This document shows positions 13,784-26,600 of a DNA stretch of 64,000 nt, piece by piece. The position numbers and the translations under genes were made by a program. Numbering within the stretch: position 1 is the stretch's first letter; each line of letters begins with the position of its first letter. Under the pieces are notes generated by a model, which was not told where the DNA came from, searched no databases, and was given only the letters and a program-made list of their open reading frames with translations. This stretch comes from Octopus vulgaris (Eukaryota): contig OX597834.1 in assembly GCA_951406725.2 (NCBI GenBank), positions 29,760,001-29,824,000 on the forward strand, written 5' to 3'.

Positions 13784-14995
13784 TAAATTTTGTGATGAAT
13801 CAAATTACCTTCCAATCCCATGGTGCTACTATATTTGTTAGTTTAATGTCCTTCATGGACCTTGGTAATGGTAGTAGTGAGGGTGGTGGTGTTGGTGGTG
13901 ATGGTGGTGGTGTTGGTGGTGATGGTGGTGGTGGTGGTGGTATTAGTTGCAGGATCATCATCACTGAGAATGGTGTGTGTGTGTGGTGATGGTGGTGGGT
14001 GATTGTTGATGCTAGTAGTGATGTTGGTATGGTCTGTGGTGGTGTTGGTGTAGTCACTGTCACTGAATGGGGTGTGTGTTGATGGGGAAAGGGTGATGCT
14101 AGTGGTGATGGGGATGGTGCCAGTGATGGTATTGATAGTGACGTTGTTTGTGCTGATGGTTTTGTTGTTGTTGGTGGTGGTGGTGGTGGTGGTGTAGTCG
14201 TAGTAATAGTGGTTCATAATGACAGTGATATTGGTCATAGTAATGATGGTGGTGTTGATGTCATGGTTAGTATGATGATTGTGGTTATGATGATGCTGGT
14301 ACTCATGGTGGTGGTGGTGGTGGTGGTGTTAGTGGTGGAATATGGTGGTTGTGGAAGAGGTTTGGGGGAAGTAAGGGAATGATCATCTGAACCACCACCA
14401 CCACCACAACCGCTACCATCATCTCCACCATCACTACCACTTCAAACACCATTATCACAGTTACTACAATCATCACTGACACCACCACCACCACCATCAA
14501 CCCCTATCGCCCCCACCCCGTACTATCACCCACCCCACCCCCCGTCCCCCACAAACATCACTAACCTATCAAAATGTGATAAATAGCTCTGTAAGGTATT
14601 CCTCCACAAGGAAATACAAGAAAAAGAAAACCCAGTCCACTCCAATCCAACAAGACTTACTCTAAATCTATCTCGTTCCATTGATCATCAGCATCATCAT
14701 CATCACCATTATCCCCACCACCACCACCACCATCATCGTCTTGTTTCTATTTTTAACTTAGTTTCTTACTGGCTCTTTTCTCCCCCCCCCCCCCCCCCGT
14801 CTCTCTCCCCTCCCTACCTCCACCATCCCTTTCCCATCAATTTATATATTTATTCATATATGTTGATGCTTCACACCATCCATATTTGATATGTTGTTTT
14901 GGTTTGTTTTCATTCATATTTATTGACCACACCACCGTTGTAGTTGTTGCTCTTATTGCTGTCATCGTTATTGTTATTATTACTAAGCTGGTTAA

Positions 14996-15353
14996 GGCGG
15001 CGAGCTGGCAGAATCGTTAGCATGCCGGGTGAAGTGCGTAGCCGTATTTCGTGTGCCGTTACGTTCTGAGTTCAAATTCCGCCGAGGTCAACTTTGCCTT
15101 TCATCCTTTCGGGGTCGATAAATTAAGTACCAGTTACTCACTGGGGTCGATATAATCGACTTAATCCATTTGTCTGTCCTTGTTTGTCCCCCTCTGTGTT
15201 TAGCCCCTTGTGGGTAGTAAAGAAATAGGTAATTCGCCCGTCGCTCCGATCTGAGTTCAAATTCCATCCAGGTTGACTTTGCCTTTCATCATTTCGATAT
15301 CTGTCCTTGTTTGTCCCCTCTGTGTTTAGCCCTTTGTGGGTAGTAAAGAAATA
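14996..15353 (+). mobile_element. SINE A full copy (14996-15227) followed by an internally deleted second copy
   Basis: GGCGGCGAGCTGGCAGAATCG head; second B box/core/tail at 15250-15353. Confidence 0.9.
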
Positions 15354-15560
15354 ATTATTACTATTTGATGGAGGGGAGGGGGGTACTGCGATCCTTGTAG
15401 CTGTTGTTGTCATTTTTATTGTTTTTGTTGTTGTTACTCCCACCATTGGGGTTTCTCTCCTTTTTGTTGTTGTTATTAACCCCTCCCCTTAAAATCGCCA
15501 AATTTTGAAACCATTATTAACGTCGTTGGTATAAGGCTACAAGTTGGCAGAATTGTTAGC

Positions 15561-15778
15561 ATATAGGCGCAGGAGTGGCATATAGGCGCAGGAGTGGCAT
15601 ATAGGCGCAGGAGTGGCTGTGTGGTAAGTAGTTTGCTTACCAACCACATGGTTCCAGGTTCAGTCCCACTGCGTGACATCTTGGGCAAGTATCTTCTGCT
15701 ATAGCCTCGGGCCGACCAAAGCCTTGTGAGTGGATTTGGTAGACGGAAACTGAAAGAAGCCTGTCATATATATGTATG

Positions 15779-15810
<32 letters not shown>

Positions 15811-16034
15811 TATGTGTGTATGTGTTTGTGTGTCTGTGTTTCTTCCCCTAGCATTGCTTGACAACCGATGCTGGTGTGTTTATGTCCCCGTTACTTAGCG
15901 GTTCGGCAAAAGAGACTGATAGAATAAGTACTGAGCTTACAAAGAATAAGTCCCGGGGTCGATTTGCTCGACTAAAGGCGATGCTCCAGCATGGCCACAG
16001 TCAAATGACTGAAACAAGTAAAAGAGTAAAAGAG
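15561..16034 (+). mobile_element. SINE B, full length with triplicated 19-bp 5' end, inserted in an old SINE A
   Basis: (ATATAGGCGCAGGAGTGGC)x3 at 15561-15617; host SINE A head at 15535-15560 resumes at ~16038. Confidence 0.9.
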
Positions 16035-17564
16035 TATATCAGACAACACGCTTAGTGGTATTTCTTCTGACTCATTACGTTCTGAGTTCAAATCCCACCA
16101 AGTTCAACTTTACCTTTCATTTTTTCAGGGTCAATGAAACAAGTACCAGTCAAATACTGGGGTCAGTGTAATAGACTTACCCCCCTCACACACACCCCAC
16201 CCCACCTCAAATTTCAGTGATTGTACCTAGAGCGGAAAGGATTATTAAAGTTGTTGTTTTTGTTACTGCCATTATTGTTGTTGTTTCATTGTCATTGTTA
16301 TTACTATTGTTGGTGTTGTTGTTATTATGGCTGTCATTGTTGTTATTGTTCTTATTGTTATTGTTGTTATTATGACTGTCATTGTTGCTAATATTGTTTC
16401 ATTGCTGTTGACATTATTGTCATTGCTGTCAACGTTGTTGTCCTCGTTATCATTTCTAATGAGACTTTATTTTCACTCTGCTGACCTAAAAATTTTGTTG
16501 CCATATTTTAATTTATTCGATTCTTTTTCTGTAAAACATTACATTTTTACATTGTTTATTGTCCACATTGTTTATTTCAGCTGAAATAGTCACACTGCAA
16601 CATATACTTGTACTCCAGCTGGGACTGAACTCAAACATGTTTCTGTAAAACATATCAAACATGACTACTGATGTAGGCTAAACTCTTATAAATATTGAAA
16701 AAAAAAATACACAACTAAGGTGGTGTTCCAGCATGACCACAACCAAATGACTATTTATGCTATGGTGGGATAGGAAACTTAAAGAGAAATTAGCAGAGAG
16801 CTCCATAAACCTAACCAAGTACTCCTGCTACGTGGATGATATCAGTATAGTAGCCAAAGCCCTACAAGATAATGGTGATGATCTAGAAGCTAACACTATG
16901 GAGAGCATGCAGCAAATAGCTAACTTCATCCACCAGAGTATAGAAATAATGATAGACTACCCTAGTAAGCACCCTAACTATAGATTACCTATTTTTAGAC
17001 ACCGAACTCTGGTTAGAAATGAAGAATGGTAAGGTCCAGATCCTTCACTCTCATTATGCCAAACCCATGGCCTCTAAGTACCTTGTTCACAAGAAAGCAG
17101 TGATTGCAAACAATACCAAGTTCAACATTCTGATAGCTGACTTGGTGAGAGTGATGGGGATGTGTCTTGCATGTGGGACCCTATGGAACTGGATAGACAC
17201 ATACAATACTACATCCACCACATGCAGTTATATGGCTACAACCAAAGGGACAAGATTAGAATGTACAAAGATGCAAGTACAAAGGTATCATAGAGAGTGA
17301 TGCTAAAGGGATCTGCTCGTTGTACAGGAGTAAACCCTGGAACAGCAGGAAAAGGACCAGTAATAAGATAAATAAGGCCAACACTTGGTATGACAACAAA
17401 AAATACCAGAGTGTCATTTCGTTGATGCTACCCTTGGCAGCAAACTAGCACATCTTTTTAGAAAAACATTAAGTAAGGCTAATCTACAAATTAAAGTAGT
17501 AGGGAGGCCTGGTGCCCCATCAAAATCTCTTATTTGTAGTACCTATCCCTTTGATAAGTCCTAT

Positions 17565-18016
17565 CATCATCGTTTAATGTCCGTTCTCCATGCTAGCATG
17601 GGTTGGACAGTTCGACCAGGGATCTGGGAAGCCAGAAGGCTGCACCAGGCTCCAGTCTGATCTGGCAGTGTTTCTACAGCTGGATGCCCTTCCTAACGCC
17701 AACCACTCCGTGAGCGTAGTGGGTGCTTTTTACGTGCCACCTGCACAGTTGCTAGGCAAGGCTGGCAACGGCCATGATCGGATTGGTGCATTTTACGTGC
17801 CACCAGCAGAGGGATCACAACTGCAGTTTCCATTGATTTTGATATTGGTGTACTTGACTCAATGGATCTCCTCAAGCACAGGGTCGAAATGGTGTTTCTT
17901 CACTTGCCACCTGCACAGGAGTAGTCCAGCAGTCCTGGCAACTGCCGGGTGCCAGTCATAGGATTGGTTCCATTTCGATTCCGATTTCACTTGCTCCAAC
18001 AGGTCTTCGCAAGCAG
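17565..18016 (-). mobile_element. RTE-type (TGA)n-tailed retroposon (family C), 5'-truncated
   Basis: CATCATCGTTTAA.GTCCG...CTACAGCTGGATGCCCTTCCTAACGCCAACC shared with 55638, 57232, 28742; flanked by 163-bp direct repeat; RTE assignment is inference. Confidence 0.8.
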
Positions 18017-18083
18017 AATACCAGAGTGTCATTTCATTGATGCTACCCTTGGTAGCGAACTAGCACATCTTTTTAGAAAAACA

Positions 18084-18465
18084 CTAGCAGTATCGCCCGG
18101 CGTTGCTCAGGTTTGTAAGGGAAATAACTATAAAGCATTTTTAGAGAGTTATAGCCAAAAAATAACAAAAAAATGGGAAAAAATGATGGTAAATTTTTTT
18201 TTAGTTAAAAAAGGTGGAGTTGCGTCCCCTAGACAGTTTGCGGTTTGTGTTTCTGATTCTCGACCCCATGTCGAATTTATCGATTTTTTTCAGAACTGGG
18301 GGAACTTTTCAAAATGTTCGCTGCGTTAGTTTTGAATTATGACATTGGGCTATGTGTGTGTCAAGTTTCATCAGAATCGGTTGAAAGCCGTGGTCAGGGT
18401 GAGGGTACAAGCAAACAGACACACAGAAACATGCACAGACAAACTGCCGTTTATATAGAGAGAGA
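18084..18465 (-). mobile_element. Non-autonomous Helitron, 382 bp
   Basis: Minus strand starts TC, ends CTAG after hairpin CCTGAGCAACGCCGGG; inserted between A and T with no TSD; empty site AAAACA/TTAAG preserved in the duplicate at ~17463-17473. Confidence 0.92.
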
Positions 18466-18729
18466 TTAAGTAAAGCTAATCTACAAATTAAAGTAGGATG
18501 GAGGCCTGGTGCCCCATCAAAATCTCTTATTTGTAGTACCTATCCCTTTGATAAGTCCTATACAGAGTACAATTGTGTTGAATGTAGGATGAACCCATGG
18601 GTCAACTGCAAGATTAGGAATGTAGTGTATAGATTATGATGTACTGAGGGATGGTGCAGAAACATGACAACTCCCTACATTGGAGAGACTGCACACAGGA
18701 TAGCATATAGGTGAACATAGGTGAGAGCT

Positions 18730-19340
18730 CAAATGCTGCTGCGATCGTTAATCATGAGTGGAAGCTTGCCAAATGCCAGGAGCTGGTAGAGCAATGCAGA
18801 AACCAAGTCTTGGAGACATATTGCAAGGTAATTGAAGTGGGCTGCTGGGGTTTCTCTGACCAGGCTTGAAATTGGTGGTGCAGCAAAGAGGAAGACCATA
18901 AATTCTGTTACTGATAAAAGTGATTTTGGATAAAGGGAGTAGAACAGGGGTTTACTACTGCTGCTGGGATGAAAGCTGAGACTTGACCAGTATCAGCTGG
19001 GTCAACTGGACAAGGGTGGTCTAACAGGGTGGCGAGCTGGCAGAATCGTTAGCACGGCGGCCGAAATGCGTAGCCGTATTTCGTCTGCCATTACATTCTG
19101 AGTTCAAATTCCGCCGAGGTTGACTTTGCCTTTCATCCTTTCGGGGTCGATAAATTAAGTACCAGTTACGCACTGGGGGTGGATGTAATCGACTTAATCC
19201 GTTTGTCTGTCCTTGTTTGTCCCCTCTATGTTTAGCCCCTTGTGGGTAGTAAAGAAATAAGGGTGGTCTGACACCCAAAGACCCCAAACTCTTTCAGACT
19301 TCCAGAAACATCACTAATGATTCCATCTCAGAGCATCCAG
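18730..19340 (+). mobile_element. Hero/R2-group non-LTR retrotransposon 3' fragment (restriction-like endonuclease)
   Basis: HEWKLAKCQELVEQCRNQVLETYCKVIEVGCWGFS fits the RLE motif K..KY..L...C...G......IEVG.RGF. Confidence 0.7.
19028..19258 (+). mobile_element. SINE A, full length
   Basis: 11-bp TSD AAGGGTGGTCT at 19012-19022 and 19259-19269. Confidence 0.94.
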
Positions 19341-19658
19341 GAGATGTATTTTGGAACCATAGCCATACAGCATTCCCGTACTTCTAGAACCACACAACTT
19401 TTCTATATTTCTCATGGCACACAACCTTGTCATATTTTACAATTTTTAGAAATAATGTGTTAGAATTGATGTTGATATTCTAATTCGTGTTTGAGTCTTT
19501 GGTAATTGTTATTGTTGTTGTTGTTGATGTTGTTGTTGTAGAGGTTGTTGTCGTAGACTTTGTCAATGATGTTTTTGGAAATGAAACTACCAAAATATTG
19601 TTTCTCCCACTCTTTTTGATACACACACACACAAACCCACACACACAAACACACACAA

Positions 19659-19723
<65 letters not shown>

Positions 19724-20536
19724 AACACACACACATACAAACACACACACATATATACACACACATCTTTGTCCACTCAAACCTTCGTTCTCTTCACCAC
19801 CACTACCTCCCACCACTACTCACTTCACTCACCACTTTTCTGTTATTCTAAAAACGAAAAATAAAAGAATTTCTCCGTTCCCCAACACCAACACCAACAC
19901 ACCTTCGTTGACTCATCTCCCACCATCACCACCACCACCACCACCACCACAACTACAACACTTACCAACTCCACCCACCCCTCTGTTATTCCAAAATAAA
20001 AGACATATTAACAACAACTACAACAACAACAACATCATCATTAAGAAATAACTTTTGAAATTGTCAGAAAAGTATCCAAAGGGGAAAACAAAGAGAAAAA
20101 TAAATATTAAATAAAAAAAAACACACAAAGAAAACAAAGGCAATAATCAATCTTATAAAAACATAAATAAATAAAAGAAATTAGCAACAAACAAAAAATC
20201 AAAAAACTTTAGACCCTTATAATTGTTATTGTGGTTTAGGGAGTATGTTGGTGGGCGTGTCCTTTCATTTGTTTTAACTTATATATTATATAGTTTGCTC
20301 TGTTATATGTGGTTTTCTAAGGAAATCCCATTTGTGTTATAAAATGGTTTAAGTTTAAACACTGTTTTATATTGTGCACTATACGATTGTGTGTGTGTGT
20401 ATTGAAGTGCATGGGTGGTGGAGTACATAAATATATATACATATATTATAAACATTATATATATATATATATATATATATACCTATCTATCTATCTATAT
20501 ATATATATATCTACCTATCTATCTCTCTCTCTCTCT

Positions 20537-20580
<44 letters not shown>

Positions 20581-20961
20581 GAGAGAGAGAGAGAGAGAGC
20601 AAAAAACTGCACAGAAAGTTGATATATAAATACTCACACAAACATATATATATATATATATATGTATGTATGAATATAATTATAAATTTTCTATAGAAAA
20701 GCATAAAAAGCATGGAAGTGCTCAAGTCAAACCCAAGATGCTAGACAAGTACAAGAGATACAGAGAAGAAGTTCAATTCAGGCAGACTATGATTGGTGTG
20801 TACATATACGGATTTAATATGATAGAAATGTCTGAAACATATATTAATACATAGAAATATAAAAAAATATAGGGTAAGTTTACGAAAAAAACAAAAGACG
20901 AAGACAGGTGGTGTACAAAACAAACAGATGTATTAGTATAACGCTCAGGAATAGAAAAAGT

Positions 20962-20997
20962 CTTTTATGTTTCGAGCCTATGCCCTTCCACAGAAAG
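20962..20997 (-). ncRNA. Degenerate minimal hammerhead ribozyme motif
   Basis: CTTT-CTGTGGA-A-GGGC ATAG GCTC-GAAA-CAT-A-AAAG; stem I and II pair; core has A6>U. Confidence 0.55.
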
Positions 20998-21283
20998 CGA
21001 CACAGAAAGAAACAAGGAGAGAAACAAGGAGAGAAAAAAATGTGTGTAGTGGCTAGTGATCTATCATGGCGACTGATGTATAAAAATATATATATGAATG
21101 TTAAAAATATGCAAGGACAAATAAATATATAGATATATATAAATATAATATAGATAAAAATATAGATAAGAATAAGGAAATATAGAAGGACATTTCTTTT
21201 AAAAATTCAAAATAAATTATGGAATGGAGGGAGTAAGAGATGTTAAAAAGAGATTTTGGTACCATATTTAAAAGGAAATGATG

Positions 21284-21379
21284 TATTCTGACAATCGTTT
21301 CTAAAATTCATTCAAAGAGTACATGTGGATCTTATGATTCACTTCCAAGGAATGCCCCCATCATCAGGGAAAAAGAATA
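21284..21379 (-). ncRNA. Hammerhead-like motif with long stem II
   Basis: CTGATGA...GAAAC GATT GTC AGAATA; stem I imperfect. Confidence 0.5.
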
Positions 21380-22929
21380 GTGTTTGCCCCAGAAATGTAT
21401 TGAATGGTTTAGCAAGTATTAATTAATGTATGTTTTATATAAGAGTCATACAAGTTATGAAAATTTTTAAGAGAGCAGGTGGGTGTTTTTTAAATTTTTT
21501 CAAATAATAACCAAGTGGCAATAAATTGTTATAGTATAGAAAATATTATGTGGGTTCGAATTTAAATTTATTTGAAATGTATTAATATATGTTTCAGACA
21601 ATTCTATCATATTAAATCCGTATATGTACACACCAGTCATAGTCTGCCTGAATTGAACTTCTTCTCTGTATCTCTTGTACTTGTCTAGTATCTTGGGTTT
21701 GACTTGAGCACTTTCATGCTTTTTAAATTTACACGAATTTAAATTTAAATTTACACGAATGAATAGCTTGAGATAATTTATTTAAAACAGTGGAATTTTC
21801 CTAGCATTTAACATCTATATTCCATGCTGGCATGAATTAGATGGTATGACAGGATCCAGCAAGTCCAAGGAGTGCACTATGCACCTGTGTCTGCTTTGGT
21901 AAGGTTTCTACAGCCAGATGCCTTTCCTAAAAAGTAACCACGATGTGTCCTGGGGGGCTTTTTCATGCCATCAACACTATTGAGGTCACCATGCAGCTCA
22001 TGTGTAATTGTAGCTGTTATAATCTTGCATGTTGTGGTATATATTTGGTGTAATTTAGTGTATTTCTGGCTGTGATGATCATTATGTCTTTGAGATGGTC
22101 CTGGTGGTGATGGTTGGTGTGCTTTGGGCTGTTGGGATATTGAAGCCTTTGCCAGCTTTTGTAGGGATATTGAAGCCTTTGCCAACAACAGCTGATGTCA
22201 CTATTGTTGGGGTTTAGCCACAGGTCAACCCTGATCAAGGAGAGCTATGGTCAAAGGCATTCCGGTCAGGTTCATTCTATCTTTTTCCAATGTCCAAGGA
22301 ACTTAGGACCACCACATTATTCTTGTCCATCTCTTAAGACAATAAAATAAGATTTGAAAGTAGTTTAGCAGCTATTTCTAGCAGGCTAAACAACCATGTA
22401 CAGGCTTTTCACTTAGCCAATAGTTGATGTCTCTGACTTGTTGACAGTAGTAATAATAATAATTATATTATAACAACAACAACAATAATAATAGTTCTTT
22501 GTACCATAGGCATTGGACCTGAAAGTTTGAGGAAAGGGGCTAATTGATTATATCAGCCATAAGGTTCAACTAGGGTGAAAAGCAACCATGGTAGGATTTG
22601 AACTCAGAATAGAAAAAAAAGTTGGAAGAATACTGATAAGAGTTTTGTCCAATGCCATAACGAGTCAATAATACTAATGATAATCATTATCATCATTGTT
22701 ATCAGCATCTTTGTATCATGTTAGAAATAGTAATTGTATTTGAGATCATCATCATTGTCATCAACTACATTGTTACCTACATCAACACCTTCATCTCTGC
22801 ACTCATCTGGGTGGTGGTGGTGGTGGTAATGTTAGTCCTCTTCAGCATCACAATCATCATCAACAACTGCGACAACAGCACCACCACCACCACCATCATC
22901 ATGATCATCGGTACAATCAGTATTGTGAC

Positions 22930-23240
22930 TGTGTTGGTGATGATGGTGATGGTAGTGATATGGTGGTGGTAGCAGTGGGTGGAGGTAGTGGTAGTGATGG
23001 TAGTGGTAGTGGTGGTAGTGATGGTGGTGGTAGTGATGGTGGACGTAGTGGTAGTGGTGGTGGTAATGGTGGTGGTAGTGGTGGTAGTGGTGGTGGTAGT
23101 GGCAGTGGTGGTGGTGGTGGTAGTGGTAGTGGTGGTGGTGGTAGTGATGGTGGTGGTAGTGATGGTGGTGGTAGTGGTGGTGGTGGTGGTAGTGATGGTG
23201 GTGGTGGTAGTGGTGGTGGTGGTGGAGGTAGTGGTGGTAC
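22930..23240. repeat. (GGT/AGT/GAT)n trinucleotide tract
   Basis: Direct reading; gives spurious poly-G/V/H ORFs. Confidence 0.95.
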
Positions 23241-23991
23241 TGATGTTGACGGAGATAGATGGTAGAGATCATAAGAAGTTAAGAGAAAGAATTCCTCGTT
23301 AGTTAATTATATTTCCTTCCTTCCTTCCTTTCCTTTCCTTTCATTTTTGTTACATTTCATTCGCTTCTTGTTGGATAGTTTTTTTATTAATTTTGTTAGG
23401 TTTTTTTTTTTTACCTACCCACATCCCTCCCCCACCCTGCTTACACTCCCATCTACCCACTCCATCGCTAATTTGACTCTATGACTATAGGAAAAAAAAC
23501 CTTTGATATGTTTAGACCTAGCATGAAAACAATCCAAAATCTTCTACAATAATAATAATAATAATAACAAAGATAATGATAAATCAAAGCAAAAATACAT
23601 TTAAACAAAATACAAATAAGAAATAATCAAAAACAAGGACTAAAAAATGAACACAAAAAGGTAATAGCAAACAATAAAACAAAAGTAAGGGGAAAAAAAA
23701 ACCAAGAAAAAACAAGATGAAAAGAAAGGTAAAAAGAAAATCAAACTGGATGGGAAAAATTTACGGATAAAAATAAACTTGAAGCTTCACTGAGACAGGA
23801 GGGGGTGGGAGTTAGTTTAGCACAGCTTCAGAGGGAAGAGAGAGAGAGAGAGAGAGGGGGGGGGGGAGAGAAAACCCAAATACAGGAATTTCTAGGGAGT
23901 TTGAGTCAACTTTAAGAGTAAGTGCTGTTAGCTCCTACTTTTACTCTCTTGCTTTTCGTATATGCATATATGTGTGTGTGTGTGTATGTAA

Positions 23992-24040
<49 letters not shown>

Positions 24041-24301
24041 ATATAAATGTATATACATAATATATGTATATATAAATGTATATACATAATATATCATATG
24101 CACAAATATATATGTATATATACATATGTATTTACATACATTACATATACACAAACACACACATATTTGTGTATGTATAGATATGAGTACACATGTACAT
24201 ACATATGTAACATATACATATATACATTCATACATAGAGCCTCATATATATATATGTATAGAAAATTCCATTATATAGATATGAGTATATACTTATAAGC
24301 A

Positions 24302-24336
<35 letters not shown>

Positions 24337-24780
24337 CTATGCATACATAACAGACACACACACGTACACACACCTCTGGCACCATTTTCATTGTCATCCG
24401 GACAGATTAGTGGTTGCACAAAGAAAACGGAAAGCAGCAGAGAAATAAACTGGATATAAGAAGAAAAAAATAAACAGAATAAAATAAGATCAAGGAGATG
24501 ATACTAAATGAAAGGGATTTTGTGTGTGTGTGTGTGTGTGTGTTTGAGTGTATGATTTTTTTACATGCATACCTATGTATACACACACACACAGATCAAT
24601 CGATAGATAGATAGACAGGTAGATAGACAGATGTGTGTATAATTACAAATATATGTTTGTATATGAAATCCAATTAGACATATATATATATATATATGCA
24701 TATATCTATATGTATGTATGCAAGTATCTATTTTTGCATGTACTTATTTATCTTTATGTGTGTGTGTGTGTGTGTGTGTG

Positions 24781-24816
<36 letters not shown>

Positions 24817-24818
<2 letters not shown>

Positions 24819-25225
24819 CGCAGGAGTGGCTGTGTGGTAAGTAGCTTGTCTACCAACCACATGGTTCCAGGTTCAGTCCCACTGCGTGGCACCTTGGGCA
24901 AGTGTCTTCTACTATAGCCTCGGGCCGACCAAAGCCTTGTGAGTGGATTTGGTAGACGGAAACTGAAAGAAGCCCATCGTATATATGTATATATATATAT
25001 ATATGCGTGTGTGTGTTTGTGTGTCTGTGTTTTTCCCCTAGTATTGCTTGACAACCGATGCTGGTGTGTTTATGTCCCCGTTACTTAGCGGTTCGGCAAA
25101 AGAGACCGATAGAATAAGTACTGGGCTTACAAAAAGAATAAGTCCCGGGGTCGAGTTGCTCGATTAAAGGCGGTGCTCCAGCATGGCCGCAGTCAAATGA
25201 CTGAAACAAGTAAAAGAGTAAAAGA

Positions 25226-25226
<1 letters not shown>
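24817..25226 (+). mobile_element. SINE B, full length, flanked by (TA)n on both sides
   Basis: Complete head-to-tail copy between TA arrays. Confidence 0.94.
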
Positions 25227-25271
<45 letters not shown>

Positions 25272-25647
25272 ATTTTCGTACTTTGATATGTGTATAAAGA
25301 AAAATAGTGAGTAGAAAAACTCCAAAATAACAGACTCCAGTGATAAGTTTACCCAACTCATTGCACTCTACATGTGCATGAGTGTGTCCATGTGGGTTTA
25401 TGTATTTTTGTCTTCATATCATGTGACAGTTGTAAATAAGTGTTTACCATTATACAAGAGGTGGCAATCACTTCCAGTATTTTGTGAAAACCTTTCCAGC
25501 CATGCAGAAATATTACCTTGCTTGTAAATGGGTAAAGATTGGCACCAGGAGGAGCATCTGGGTGGAAAAATCTGATTCAACAGTTCCATTTCAGTCATAC
25601 AGTCATGGAAAAGTAGGCACAAAATTGATAATACACACACACACATA

Positions 25648-26600
25648 TAGGGTGCAGTGAATAAATTGTTGTCTAAATTATGCAAAAATGAAAATAACAC
25701 TGACATCTCATTTTAACAGATATATTTACCAAAATTACATAAAAATATCTTTGAATACTAAAGAGTAAATTTATTCAATAAAATCGCCATTGGCTTCAAC
25801 CATGGCCTCCAGACCACTTTGGAATCTTCTGCAACTCTTCTGGATGGTCTCCTTCTTTAAGTTAGTGAATGCTGTCATAATCCTTGCCTTCAGTTCATCT
25901 TTGCTGTTACAAGGGAGTTTTGTTGGTCTCTCACTCGACTGCACCCCACACATAATAATCAAGTAGGTTGCATTCTGGGGAGTTAGGGATGATGTGGTCA
26001 CTGAAATTATTTGAGAACCATGACTGAGTTCTCCTGCTTGTGTTGCATGGTGCAGAGTCTTGTTGCCAGAAATAGTGTCTTCCAGCAGCCACTCTCTTGA
26101 CCCAGAGCAGCACTTGCTCCTCCAGCCACTTGGCATACAGTGTTGAGTTTGAGGTCATGCAGGAAGATGTATGTAGACATAACTAGTGATGTTGACTGGA
26201 TGTTTGATTTTTATCACTCTCGGTACGTTTTGTGAATACGGTACGTCAATGGTTGGTCTGTGTGTTCACCATCTGACCCTGGCAGAAATTTTTTCTCGTT
26301 TGAGAGAAAAAAAAGTATGTTCAGTTGGAAAGGATGCTTGAGTTTGTTCAAAAACTTCCTAGTATGGTAGTTCTTCTTGTCCTTGATGGCTTGGGGTAAA
26401 AATTGGCCCTTTCTCATCTTGTATGAGGAATACCAAATGTCTTCATGCACTACGTGCCTGATAAGAAACTCAGACACTCCCATGTCCCTGGTAATGGATC
26501 TGATTGACTTGAAGGTATCATTGTCAATCATGGCCTGAATCTCACCAACAAATTCAGGAGTTCTTTTCTTATCAGAGCAATCAGAGTGAGTTAAAACCCT
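25648..26600 (-). pseudogene. Tc1/mariner DD37D-like transposase remnant with one terminal repeat
   Basis: FLSNEKKF, WQQDSAPCNTSRRTQSW, PNSPECNLLDYYVWGAVE, ...VEANGDFIE*; frameshifted; end TAGGGTG at 25648. Confidence 0.9.

Larger units (their letters stand above)
16750..18720 (+). pseudogene. Penelope-like element remnant: reverse transcriptase plus GIY-YIG endonuclease, disrupted
   Basis: YSCYVDDI, DYPSKHPNYRLPIF, ILHSHYAKPMAS (PLE RT/thumb); after insertions C..C...NCKIRNVVYRL*C...C....PYIGETAHR (GIY-YIG); stops and frameshifts. Confidence 0.88.
20704..21725 (-). mobile_element. Penelope-like 3' remnant with 149-bp inverted duplication (20704-20852 / 21577-21725)
   Basis: Arms are reverse complements with few mismatches; hammerhead-like cores lie between them; PLE identity inferred. 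Confidence 0.65.

Noticed and set aside
22960-23265. Gly/Ser-rich ORF resembling a structural protein
   Set aside because: Pure trinucleotide tract, open in several frames, no splice context
24817-24890. tRNA-like sequence
   Set aside because: SINE head with A/B boxes continuing into the SINE body; not a tRNA gene
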